Shown piece after piece: positions 13,781 to 25,699 of a stretch of 64,000 nucleotides of DNA. The stretch comes from Octopus vulgaris (taxonomy: Eukaryota). Every line of letters begins with the position of its first letter. Position 1 is the first letter of the stretch. Below the pieces are notes generated by a model. It was given only the letters and a program-made list of their open reading frames with translations. It made no database searches and had not been told where the DNA came from. The stretch covers positions 31,124,001-31,188,000 of the forward strand of contig OX597829.1 of the NCBI GenBank assembly GCA_951406725.2, given 5' to 3'. Made by a program: the position numbers and the translations under genes.

Positions 13781-15349
13781 TTTGCAATGAGGTGGTGATC
13801 AGATGACCCAGGAGGGGCAATGACATTTATAGTTTGATGTATATTAGGACAGTGTAGGGAATGAGATAAGTTGGAACAAGTCCAAGTAAAAGACTTACAT
13901 TCTGTAGAATTGGTATGGGATGAATGAGGGAGTCACCAATGAATTCAAAAAGGGTTGAAGTAAGGCATATATCCTGAAGGCAGGCGGGGATGTGATCAGA
14001 GAGATGCAAGTGGTTTGAGATGTTAGGACAGTATCACAGGTGCAAAACTATTTTGGGGTGTAATGGTGGGAGACTTTGATAGGGAGTAGCTAGGTGTCAT
14101 TATTGTTGATATGCAGGTGAAAGGCGAGAGGTGTCTATGTAAGCAGACACCACCTTTCATGGTAATGTAAAATAGAGTGTAGCTGGTACCAGTGAGATTG
14201 GTTGACAGTTGGTGTCTTGAGAAGAATAGGATGTATGGCTTGTGTGTGGGTAAGAGATGATTGAGATCTAGATTAGAATGAAGTCCACAAAATTTGGAGA
14301 TGAGGGAAAATTCTTCTGGGGATTTACTTCAGTGAAAGGGGTTATGTTTGTGAGTGAGTGTGTGTGTGTGTGCAGGCATGCACCCCTATTTCTCATTGCT
14401 TAACAGCTGGCGTTGGTTTCTGTTCATCCCTCAAATTAGCAGCTTCAAAAAGAAAAAACAAAACAGATTAATAAAAACCTGACTTAAAATATGTAGTGGG
14501 ATTGATTTCATCAACTAAATAACACTTCAGGCCAGTCACCCAGCAATATTATAGACCAATGACTGAAGAAAAACAAGAATGTTGATATGTATATTTTTAT
14601 TGTACAAATATTTGTTAGTAAATGTAGACACTTTCAGAAATTGTTGGGTAGCTTTGATAACATCATTGTCATCAAACTTCTTTGATAATGAGGTCATTGT
14701 GATGCCTGTCTTCCTTTTCATTTGGTATTTTCATGGCTGTTAAGAGTGCCGTGGTTAACGCAGTGTTCCAGAATGGCTGCAGCGTAATCACTGAAACAAA
14801 AAAATTTTAAAAACATTTTGAAGATCATCATCATCATCATCAACATTATTATCATTATCATTATTTGTTTTTATTTTTGTGGTGGATTGGGCTGAAAGGA
14901 TTGAGTACAGATATCTTGCTCCTTGGCTGAGCCACATTCCCTTTTAGAAGCTCCACAGAGAAAGAAAAGTGAGGCTGGAGACGAAAGTGCTCTCCTCCAG
15001 CTTATCTCTCAAAATTGGTGACTGTGGTAAAAGTTATTAGGGTGAATAGTACTCTAAGCATACACCTGCAGATTGGAAAACAACAGGTGGCCAATGGCTT
15101 AGCCCTTTTGTGGTCAGGCTTATCCTGGATCTGTGGGGTTCCTTGATTGACCCCAGTTGAAGGCTCTCCTTGTATCAAGTGAACTGTTTCATCTACATTT
15201 TCACACATTTTGTTTGCTATCAATACTTTTTATCTCATCTCTCCTCCTTCCCTCATCCTTTTATCATTCTACCAGTGTAAATATATATTACACTTACATG
15301 AATTGCTGGAGCAACCTTCATCAGGCCTCTTTGGGAATGAGGACCCTAT

Positions 15350-15960
15350 AATATCTGCCTTTCTTTACAGCTGGTTAAGTTGAGGGCTGTTGAGAGTGAA
15401 GTTTCAGCATCTCCATATATGCTATTCCAAGTGTTTGCTTCTTTCTTTTAGCTTATGTTGGTTGTCACACAGGTATTTGGTGAATTAGTTGATGTTCGCT
15501 TCTCCAAGAGTTCATTTTAATCTGAATCTGAACACAGACAAGATAATGAAGAAGTGGTCAGACAAGCTGTTGGATTTACTGTTGGATTAGGTTTCTCATG
15601 TGAGATTAAATTCAGTGACCAACTGGTCATTGATGGCTTTTAAAGGGTTCATAGGTGGCCCTTTTCTCTCCGGTTAGGGCATTAAAATCCCCATTGAACA
15701 CAGTAGTTTGAGTCTTGTGGAGTTTCATCTGACCATGGGATCGATGTTGGTGGGGTTTCATTAAAACAAGCTTCCATTGATGCTTGTCTTCCATTGCAGT
15801 TGGTAGAAGTCAATGGCTGTTGAGTATATGTCACGGCAGCTCTCCATTGCTTTGCTTTCTGTTGTATTTGGTTCTAGTGATGTCACTAGGTGAATGAATT
15901 CATTTTCACTTGTCCAAGAATGTCTACTCAATGTCAATACTGCCTTTAGAAAAGGCCAAG
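15350..15960 (-). pseudogene. LINE AP-endonuclease relic
   Basis: Minus-strand motifs VFNGDFNAL and SDHFFIILSVFRFRLK; many stops. Confidence 0.6.
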
Positions 15961-16399
15961 GTGGGAAGGGGCCTCAGCTAAACCTACATTTTAAAAGGTA
16001 GCGTGTAATATGGATGTAAGTTGGTATCATAGAAAGTTGAGCTGCTCATTTTAGGTATCTATATTTGGTTCCTTAGCTATGTACAACATGTACTATCCCA
16101 ATCTACCTACTATCTATATCTACGATCGGCATCACCCCTACCCAACTCTATGTCCCCAGCTCTAGTGTGATTCGTGCCTAGAGCAGACATGGATATAGTT
16201 CTCCTAGAGCAGCACAGAAGGAAACCTAACCTATGAGAACAATTGGATGACAGACTTACCCTGCCCAGCTGAGCATCTACCCAAGCAGAAGAACAAGGAA
16301 CCACAATACTCCTACTTGAGAGAGATGAAAAGCTGGCAACCCTAACACTAGATATGCTTTCTACAGTAGGTAAAGCAGCCCAATCACTTGTTGTAGAGC

Positions 16400-17100
16400 T
16401 AGGATCGGGAGCAACGGCATTCCTTTTCCTAGTGCACCGGCGGAAGAGCCTCTCGCAACCTTTCCTCAAAATAAAGAAAACGTTGGCCAGATGTCGTCCG
16501 CGATGGGCTTTCGCGGACGTGGACGAACCAGGGGTCCTCAACATTACCTAACATTATCGAAAACACTATCTGAAACTCGGAATGAAAAAAAAAAAGATTG
16601 AAAAATAGGCAGACGATAACTTCGTCAATAAACTGACGAAGTTATCAGTAAACTGACTCAAGTACAAAATATTTAACAGACAGACGATTAAACACAAAGA
16701 TATCACAGATTCGTAATTAACTAGAGACCGGTATGAACAACCGGCGATCTTACGGTGCAAGTACCATAACTGCCAATTATAAACCCACGTGGGTTTGTTT
16801 ACATTTCTGAAGAAAAAAGAAACCCTTTTCTCCCACCCCTAACCCTAACCCCCCATATAAAAAAAACTTTACGGAGAGTGACGATTTTCTTCTTCAAATG
16901 TAAACAAACACACGTGGCAGTTATGGTACTTGTACCGAAAGATGGCTGGACAACATTCTCGAAGCGAATTCGAATCAGAAGTGAATTTACGATAACCTTA
17001 GTGTTATTACGTCATAATCACTTAGTGAATTTACGCTAACTTCTGTATTATTACGTCATAACCATTTCGTAAAAATTGTTGCGTTGGTTACTGACCTCTA
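16400..17100. promoter_or_regulatory. CpG-enriched promoter-like island
   Basis: Local CpG excess in an otherwise CpG-depleted window; two CACGTG, two TGTTTAC/GTAAACA, AAGATGGC, two TTACGTCA motifs; minus-strand donors AG|gtaatg (~16548) and GG|gtaagt (~16259). Confidence 0.55.
16741..16949. mobile_element. MITE-like fold-back element with internal telomere-like CCCTAA repeats
   Basis: ~65-75 bp imperfect inverted arms, ACAA on both flanks (16737-40, 16950-53), centre ccctaaccctaacc. Confidence 0.7.
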
Positions 17101-18190
17101 TGTTCTGAGTTCAAATCCTGCTGAGTTCGACTTTGTTTTCGTCTTTCTGTAGTTGTATTGCTTATGTAAAGGGTCGATTTAATCGCCTAAACCCGTTCCC
17201 TAAGTTTGAGGCTTTTTCATGTTGATATTGAAAAACAGTAAAATTATTATAACATAAATTTTAGCCTAATTTGCTTTTGGAGAGAATTGAAAACCAAAGC
17301 ACTTTTCTTAAAAATTTACAATAAAGTTACTATTGACAATGCGATTTTACTTAACGATTATAGTGTTATATTTCCAAGAAAAACATTAAATATATTATCA
17401 ATTGTAAGATATATTCGATCTTATATGGATTTCCTGTTGTAACGGTTTTCCCCAAAAGTGTTCCAATTTTAGCAATTCCAAACTCTTAGTTGTACATTTT
17501 GGCACCATGAGATGATAATATGGGATACAAACGTAAAACTATAGAAAGACGGCGGAGTTTCCGATTTCCTTCATTATCAGATATGGTTTTCCAAGTCCCA
17601 AACTCTACCCTTTGAAATGCTTCATCATACAACCAACATTTTACCTCGCGTACCTAACATTCATTTCAGTTTTCCTTTGATGTAATTCAACATTCATCCA
17701 AATAAAACTGAAAACAGTAAATCGTATCCTTGTTTACTTTCAGATATTATTTACTTCTTTTTTTTTTAATGAGAAATGACTTATGTATAACAAAACTCGC
17801 TTAAACGAATCTTGAGATGAAAAGAATAATCTATATGATGATAATGATAATAATAATTTTTTCTAATATTGACAGAAGACTTGAAATTTGGGGAAGAAGG
17901 TTCATGGAGTAAATCAATTATTCAAGTGATACTTAGGGACCCCGAAAGGATGAGAGGTAAAATTAACCTTAGCGTGATTTGTTCTGAAAACGTTAAGCTA
18001 GGGAAAAAACGCCATTAAGCATTTTGTCTGGGATATCCTTCTGTTCAAGGTGCTATATTTAGGTTGGTCTTTTAATAGGAGCCTAAATATTGTATGTGTA
18101 TGTATTTACTCCGTAGTTTGTTCCGAAGGAACTGAAGGTTCGCTCATTGTTTTGCGTTTTTCTTTTAATTTAGGTTATTTTGTTTCCCAG

Positions 18191-18238
18191 GGTGGAATTT
18201 TAGCTTTGTTACTTGATTTTTCAGTGGAATACCTCAAT
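18191..18238 (+). CDS. Candidate 48-nt exon (GGILALLLDFSVEYLN)
   Basis: ttttgtttcccag acceptor, gtgagt donor, open frame; a decayed paralogous copy lies at ~12095-12140. Confidence 0.4.
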
Positions 18239-18862
18239 GTGAGTTCCATAGCGTATTGTTTCACTGTTTTGTGATCGAATTTAGCTGTGGTTCCACATAA
18301 CTATTTTAAACTGCTGTCACAAATTTCTGTGTGAGTCTATCTAAGAATTGAATTAGTAAAAGTTGAAGTTTTTGAATGGAAAATAAAATAGAAATAGAAA
18401 TAAAATGAAAGATCTTTTCTGTTTGGCTGTCCGTCCCCTAAAAAAAAAATGAAAAAGAAACTACAGCGAATCCCCACTTCTTGAGCAACGAACAGTGAAA
18501 TCATTTGAGTTCAAATCCTGCTGAGGTCGACTTTACTCTTCATCTTTTCAGGGGCGATAAAATAAATACCACTTGAGAACTAGGGTCGATGTGATCGACT
18601 AGCCCCTTTCCCACCAAATTTCAGGCCTTGTGGCTATAGTCGAAAGGGTTATTAGAGCGGTAAGCTAACAATTACGCTGGAAAAAGTGCTTAGCAGCATT
18701 TCTTCCAGTTTTATATTATGAATTCAAATGCTGCCGAGGTTGACTTTACCTTTTATCCTTTCAGGGTCGATGAAATTAGTACCAGTTGAATACTGGGGTT
18801 GATGTAATCAACTGGTCCCTAAATTTCAGGTCTTGTGTTTATGATAGAAAGAATTATTCTTC

Positions 18863-19275
18863 TTCTGTTGTGTCTGGGGAGAGTCATTTTCTTTTTGTGT
18901 CTTATAATGTAACACACTCACCGGTAAAATTTCCACTTATTTCTTATTTTTATTTTCCTGAAATTTTCGTTGCGTCTTGCAACCTTTTCAATAATCTTGA
19001 CTCTGTCCGTTATTTACACTGCATTTCTTCCTGTTTTATATTATGAATTCAAATGCTGCAGTGTAAATAACGGACAGAGTCAAGACTATTGAAAAGGTTG
19101 CAAGACGCAACGAAAATTTTAGGAAAATAAAAAAGAAATAAGTGGAAATTTTACCGGTGAGTGTGTTACATTATAAGGCACAAAAAGAAAATGACTCTCC
19201 TCAGACAACAGAATATGCTTCAACACACGAACTCGTATAAAGAATCTTGCAAACCAAATCCAAAAACGAAATATA
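18863..19275. mobile_element. Fold-back Penelope-like non-autonomous element with hammerhead variant
   Basis: ~160-bp inverted arms 18863-19023 / 19057-19213; same family at 49030-49250. Confidence 0.75.
19086..19122 (+). ncRNA. Minimal type-I hammerhead ribozyme, U3-A8 core variant
   Basis: cta-TTGAAAA-g-gttgc-aagac-gcaac-GAAAA-TTT-tag: stem I cta/tag, 5-bp stem II, palindromic AATT in place of stem III. Confidence 0.55.
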
Positions 19276-20962
19276 TTTATTCTCTTTTCAGTGTTTAAAA
19301 TTCATTTTAAAGGATCTTTATAACAGTGTTTCACACTGTTCATCGATTTATAAAGAAGCTACGTTATTTTTCCAAACTCAAAAAAGATTAATTTAACCAT
19401 CTTCCTACAGTTTAGAGAAGCATTAATCTTATTCGTTCGTTTCTTCCTTCAGTATGGACTTTTGTAATGAGTAGCTTATAAACATTTCCTCTTTATTTTA
19501 CTTAAGAACTTATTTGTAACTAAACTTTATATTAATTTATTTTCATCGTCATTTCTTTATATTGTTTAAAACTGAATCGAATATTAAATAAGTATTGAAA
19601 ATTTATTCCAGGAAAATAGCTAGAAACAGCTGTTCCTTATAAATAACTCTCATAGGGCACAATCTTACATTATTTATCCATTTAAGATGACGAATTTTCT
19701 AAATGATTTCAAATTGTATACTAGATCCATTAGTAAAAACAGCCTTCCTATATATATTTAGTCAATTGTTAATTGGATCAGTTGATTTATATTTATTCCT
19801 TATATTTTTACTTTTCTATATTGATGCTAGAATATACAGTTAAATATTAGTGCAGCTTTTCCTTTTTTGTTTCTGAAATTCTATTTTCACTCTATTTTCT
19901 CATCTATGTGGAATTACAACAGAAAAGATTAGCATTCAACCTTTTAAATGAACTGTCTAGTTTTTCCAATACTATTCTTAGTTTTCTGGATATAATAGTC
20001 AGTGATATTTTCTCTCATTATGTATATGTTTAAATGATAATAGAAAAAGCCACATATAAATTAGTTTGTGGCATGTAAGTCTCACTAAATGAAAGCAGTT
20101 ATTAATCTCTTTTTGAGGACTCTTCTACTCTTTCCAAAAGACTCTCTGTAAAGACAATGCTAATGAACAAATATACTTGTTCATTTTTGTCTTACAAGTT
20201 ACTTGGCAACCTTTCTTGTACTGGTGGCCAGAAAAAAAAGCATCCAGTGCATGCTGTAAAATAAATGGTGCTAGGTAGGTCATCCACATGCCAAATCTGA
20301 CATGGAGCATGCTGCAGCCTTGTGGCTCACTGGAACTTGTCAAACCATCCAATCTATACCAGCATGGAAAATGGAAGCTAAATGATAATGGTGATGGTGA
20401 TGATGATATATTTATGCATATCAATAAGCACATATAGAGGCTGTTAACTCTCTATATAGTATGATCACCTTTTATCATATGCCACCCTTTTTTTTACTTT
20501 GCAAATGTAGTGTCTCCTTGTAAGAGGTTACCCTAATGATGAATATATCCTCTATTATATAAAAGACAAGAATCCAACCCCTTAGACAACACTGCCTCCC
20601 ACCTACTTTACACATATGACGTACATCTGAGGTTGAACAGGTGGTAGTATTTCGTTGCTGAGTATGCACCTGATATTCAGATGGCCACCATGAAATATCC
20701 GCTGTCTGCTTGTGGTTCAAGAAATTCTAGATGTAACTTCACAAGGGATTGAAATTAAATATATAAAATAGTAGAGTGCAAGAAAATGCTTAATAAATCA
20801 TATTTTATAGTAATAAAATGCTTATGCAACGTTGTTGACACTTTAAATGTTTAAAACTATTAAACTGTCAACAAGTGAAGAAACAGCAAAGCACAATAGT
20901 CATATGTCAGAAAAGAGCTAATTTAAGCCATGTACACACACAATTTCTCTACCTCTCTCTCA

Positions 20963-20998
<36 letters not shown>

Positions 20999-21004
20999 AA
21001 GACA

Positions 21005-22058
21005 TTGGGTCATCTTGTAAATAATGCAATTTTTTTATACTTCTTCTATTTTTCAAAATTAAGATAAACAAAGTTATTTTTTAATCTAAAATATACTCTC
21101 CTTCCTTTTCTGCAATGTTCTTCCATCTATCTGTAGACTAGCAAGGCCCCTCTTCCAAAATTCACTTGTCCGTGATGAAAAATACTCTTCCAGTACTGTT
21201 CTGACCTCATCTACAGAATTCATATCTTTTCTGTCCAATTGATTTTGAAGACTGTGGAATAAATGATAATCAGATAGGGGCAATGTGTAGCGAATATAGT
21301 GGGTGGGGCATCATTTCCCATTCAAACTGCTCCAACCTTTGAAATGTCATCTTTTGTCGTATGTGGCTAAGCATTATCCTGATAGGAGAACATCTTTTGT
21401 CTTGAAACCAAAGATGGTCATTTTTTCTTCCAGCACCTATTTAAGCCACTCTCACCACCATTCAGTCCAAAAAAAGGTTCATTTGGGAGACATGACAGCA
21501 AAGAAGAGTACACATTCAATCTCTGCACGTGATTAGACTCGGAAAGTTTGTAAGGAACGCATTGATCTAATTTGCAAATTTTCTGATGGCACACAGGTGT
21601 CAATGAATGGTTGATTGACCAAATCCAAGTTTCTCTGCTAGTTCCTCAACAGTTATGATGAGATTTTGTTCCACCAGGGTTTCCAGGATGATGCTCATCT
21701 TCTAGGCTATAGTTTCCAGCTCGGAATGTGTGGAACCACCGTTGACACTGGTTTACACTACTGTCCAATGCCCATATACTGCACTGATATTCCTTGCATT
21801 TTCCGTTGCGTTGTTGGTCTTTATTGAACTCATACAGCAAAATATGCCGAATATGCTCCTTTGTCACTTTCATTATAGATTTGAAAAAATAATTGTTAAA
21901 ATCGAACTGCACTCTTCAAAACTTGCACGAAGAACAAGGACAAAATAAAATTACTACCTGCTGTTATAGCAAGCTGATGCAAGTAGTTTATCCCCTCTCC
22001 CTGCAACTTTTAGTTCATGTAATAGAAAAAAACCCGCATTATTTATGTGATGACCTGA
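21005..22058 (-). mobile_element. Decayed mariner transposon
   Basis: TIRs ttgggtcatcttgtaaataatgc / gcattatttatgtgatgacctga; minus ORF pieces HIRHILLYEF..QRWFHTFRAGNYSLEDE, VPYKLSE, PLSDYHLFHSLQNQL. Confidence 0.92.
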
Positions 22059-22084
22059 TACATAGCTATATAGATATTTAGAGA

Positions 22085-22298
22085 GAGAAATAAATAGTAA
22101 AGATAAATAGAGAAAGACAGGCAAGCAGGCAGGCAGACAGACAGATAAATAGATAGGCAGGCAGGCAGGTGGGCAGGTAGACAGACAGATATAGTGACAG
22201 TGAGACAGAAAAGCAGGCAGACAGCTGAATAGATAGAGAGGGAAACAGAGAGATAGGCAAATAGACAGACAGATAGACAGTGAGATAGATAGATAGAC

Positions 22299-22352
<54 letters not shown>

Positions 22353-22515
22353 TTAGACAGGCAGGTAGGTAAGTATGTATGTAGGTAGGTAGATAGGTAG
22401 GTAGGTTGGTAGGTAGGTAGATAGGTAGGTTGGTAGGTAGGTAGATAGGTAGGTTGGTAGGTAGGTAGATAGTTAGGTAGGTAGGTAGGTAGATAAGTAG
22501 GTAGGTTGGTGGGTA
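22085..22515. repeat. Compound GACA/GATA/GGTA tetranucleotide microsatellite
   Basis: Direct reading. Confidence 0.95.
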
Positions 22516-22602
22516 TAGCTGTACACATGAACATTAATGGAAAGGCATTTACTTGCTGAATTCATTTACACTTTGACAGGTTCTATTTTTCATCCTTTAG
22601 GG

Positions 22603-22921
22603 CAGAGGTTCTCAAACTTTTGGGGCCATCCCACCCACCTCATGGCCACATAATACCCTCAGTGCCCCCACCCCTATTTTTAAATAAAAATTTTATATTT
22701 TACTAATTTACATATACTGTGAATCATTTGATATTTAATATTATATAATTTGTATGCAACACTATAATAATATTATAAATTCATGTGTCCCCCAATCCAC
22801 TGCCTTTCTCCCAATGCCTCCTTTTTTGCTACTGCCCCACTCAGACACCAGTACCCACCTGGACCCTCTAAACGCCCACGGGGGAGGGAGAGGGCAATAG
22901 CGCCCACTTTGAGAACCTATG
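22603..22921. mobile_element. hAT (Charlie-like) MITE
   Basis: TIRs cagaggttctcaaa / tttgagaacctatg with perfect 8-bp TSD CTTTAGGG (22595-22602, 22922-22929). Confidence 0.9.
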
Positions 22922-23869
22922 CTTTAGGGTATTTGAAAATCAACCTCTACTTCACCAAGCAGGTTTGGCAGGCAGGGCTTACTGGTTTAGTCACCATTAG
23001 CTTAAATATTCACAGATTATAGTGGTGTACTAAGTTAGCAAAAGTAGGTTTCTGATTATCAAATTCCTGATCTGAAGTAAAATGTACAACATATTGTGTG
23101 TGTGTGTGTGTCTAGCTATTAATCTCTCTATCTGTCTTTGTATACCATCATCATCATAATCATCATATAATGTCCTCCTATACTGGCATAGGTTGTAGGG
23201 TTTGACAGCAGGTAACCAGTCAGAAGACTGCCAGGTCCTACTGACTGCTTTGACATTGTTTCTATGACTAGATGCCCTTCCTAATGCCAACCACTTTACA
23301 AAGTGTGCTGGGTACTTTTTACGAAGCACTAGCAGTAGTGACGTCACCAAGTAACTTGCAAGACAAGACTCCTCTAACTTGAGGAGGTGGCTTTGTGCCA
23401 GGAGATGTGAGGTTAATTTATGAATAGAGGGACAGGAAATAGGTGTCTTGCATTGGGGAGATATATGGTTACATCGTTAAGAAAGAGAGAGAAGTATATA
23501 CCCAAGTTACAGGGAAGTGGACCAGGATTGGAGAGGCTGGTTGAGTTCTTGAGATTGTGAAAGGAGAGTGGATGGTGGAGAGGAGAGGATGTAACATGTG
23601 GACACAGCTAAAGAGATGAGGTGTTAGGAAAATGCTGTGAAGAAGAAGTTTAACAGGGACACATTGTATGTAGGTAGGTTCATGAGTGTATGAAAGGAGA
23701 ATGGAGGATAGAGGAAAAGGGAATACAGCAAGTGAGATGGGGTAGGAGTTAGGAAGATGGGTTGTTTGGAATAAGTTTGTCAGGGACACCTTGTGTGCAG
23801 GGGTGTGGACATAAATGATATGTCTTTACGGCCTTGATTTTTATTTAGCTGGACATGTTTTCTCAAGCG

Positions 23870-24110
23870 TAACAAATCACAAATCATCTCAATCCTATGC
23901 TATCTCCTCTGTGAAGATCAATATTTTGATCATTTTTCACCACTTTATCCCACATGTTCCTGGGTTTTCTTCTACATGTTCCCTCCACATTTAGAGATTA
24001 ACACATCTTTATGCAGCTGTCCTCATCCATAAACAACACATGACCATACCAGTTCAGTCTTCTTTCTTGAACACAACAGCTGAAGATTTGTATACTCAAT
24101 TTTCTCTCAT
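23870..24110 (-). mobile_element. RTE LINE ORF C-terminal fragment
   Basis: Reverse complement encodes WYGHVLFMDEDSCIK...VEGTCRRKPRNMWDKVVKND, homologous to 26526-26790. Confidence 0.75.
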
Positions 24111-24149
24111 ATACATATATATGTATATATGCATTCAAAATAGTTTTTC

Positions 24150-24574
24150 CATCGTCTTGACTTAACAGCCCTCATCGTTTGTTTTTACTGTGTTATTCTC
24201 CTTGTCCTGTCTTTTATTTTTTTTTTATTTGTATTGTTTTTACTGTCTTGTCTTGTTTTTACTGCCCTATTCTTGTTACCTCTTTTACCCCTTCGCAAAA
24301 AGTCCCAAATTTTATTTAATTTGCTTTGCAAGAAGGACTGTTTCAATGAAATCGCGTCTTGTCCTTACCTTTGAAACGTGGAGTAGACGAAACAAGGACT
24401 GTTGTTTGAAAAAAAGTTTGTTTCTATGTTTTTGTTTTTAGGTTTTTGTTTCTCATTGTGTTCAACATTTTTTTGGTGTCCTGTACCCATATATGCATGT
24501 ATATATATACATATAGATGTAGGTATGTACATATATGTATGTATATATGCATATGTTTATATATTTATTTATGT

Positions 24575-24580
<6 letters not shown>
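24150..24580 (+). mobile_element. Fragment of the element family seen at 58226-59220, opposite orientation, within (TA)n
   Basis: Reverse complement similarity (ggtgtcctgtacccatatatgcatg; cttaacagccctca). Confidence 0.7.
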
Positions 24581-24626
<46 letters not shown>

Positions 24627-24719
24627 TTAGAGACAAAACCACTATTATGCAAATCAAACAAAGGAAGACTTAATCCAATACATAAAAAATTTTATATAAA
24701 TTAAATATAATTAAGATAT

Positions 24720-24765
24720 CCACTACGATCGTTTCTTGTCACTTCAATGGACATTCATCAGGTGG
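24720..24765 (-). ncRNA. Type-I hammerhead ribozyme (inverted copy)
   Basis: Exact reverse complement of 24831-24876. Confidence 0.85.
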
Positions 24766-24830
24766 TTTCAAGACCTTCTATGCAATTTTGAACTATGAAG
24801 TCATAGTTCAAAATTGCATAGGTCTTGAAA

Positions 24831-24876
24831 CCACCTGATGAATGTCCATTGAAGTGACAAGAAACGATCGTAGTGG
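24831..24876 (+). ncRNA. Type-I hammerhead ribozyme
   Basis: ccac-CTGATGA-a-tgtc-cattgaagt-gaca-a-GAAAC-gatc-GTA-gtgg; stem I ccac/gtgg, palindromic stem III ACGATCGT; predicted cleavage after A24872. Confidence 0.85.
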
Positions 24877-25391
24877 ATATCTTAATTATATTTAATTTAT
24901 ATAAAATTTTTTATGTATTGGATTAAGTCTTCCTTTGTTTGATTTGCATAATAGTGGTTTTGTCTCTAATTAATATTATATTATATTTTACTATAAAATT
25001 GGATTCAATCCTAAATCTGATTTTTCCCTGTAAATTTGGATTTATTCCCTAATATTTATTATATATATATATAAATATATAAATGGTGGTGCCCCAGCAT
25101 GGCCACAGCTTGTGAGCTGAAACTAGATAAAATAAAAATAAAAAAATATACATACATATATATAAATATATTTATATATATATAAACAAAGAAAAAACAC
25201 AAGAAAAAAACAACAACGTGAGGACGTGGTATGTTTAAAGTATTAACAAATGCTCAGGGAAGGAAAGAAAGGAAGCTTTATGTTTTGAGTAAAGCTGTTC
25301 TTCAGAAACAGAAAACAGAGGAAAGTCCAAGAGAAAAGGAAGACGGAGGAAAAAAAATCGCCAACAATCCACATGTAGTTACATTTCGAAA

Positions 25392-25432
<41 letters not shown>

Positions 25433-25640
25433 CACACACACACACACACACACAGACAGCAACAGAGACAGAGAAAATATAAAGAATGTCAGAATGTATG
25501 AAATGAATATATTTATTTCATCATTTGATATCCATAGGATAACGGCCATTTTTCAGCCAACATTATGCAACTTTCTTTCAAATAATCTTCACTGACTGAA
25601 TTCACTGGATCATATAAATCCATATATTGTGCATTAAATT

Positions 25641-25687
<47 letters not shown>

Positions 25688-25699
25688 GTACATATGTAT

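Larger units (their letters stand above)
24612..25062. mobile_element. Near-perfect ~370-bp palindromic Penelope-like element in (TA)n
   Basis: Arms ~24612-24798 / 24801-24985 differ only by a 3-nt indel by eye, 2-nt loop; hammerhead in each arm. Confidence 0.85.

Noticed and set aside
13800-14230. Possible Penelope GIY-YIG relic (FTCIS motif) on minus strand
   Set aside because: Only one short motif; too decayed to support
14536-14721. Short ORF KKFDDNDVIKATQQFL
   Set aside because: More like a mariner C-terminal scrap than a host exon; too short to call
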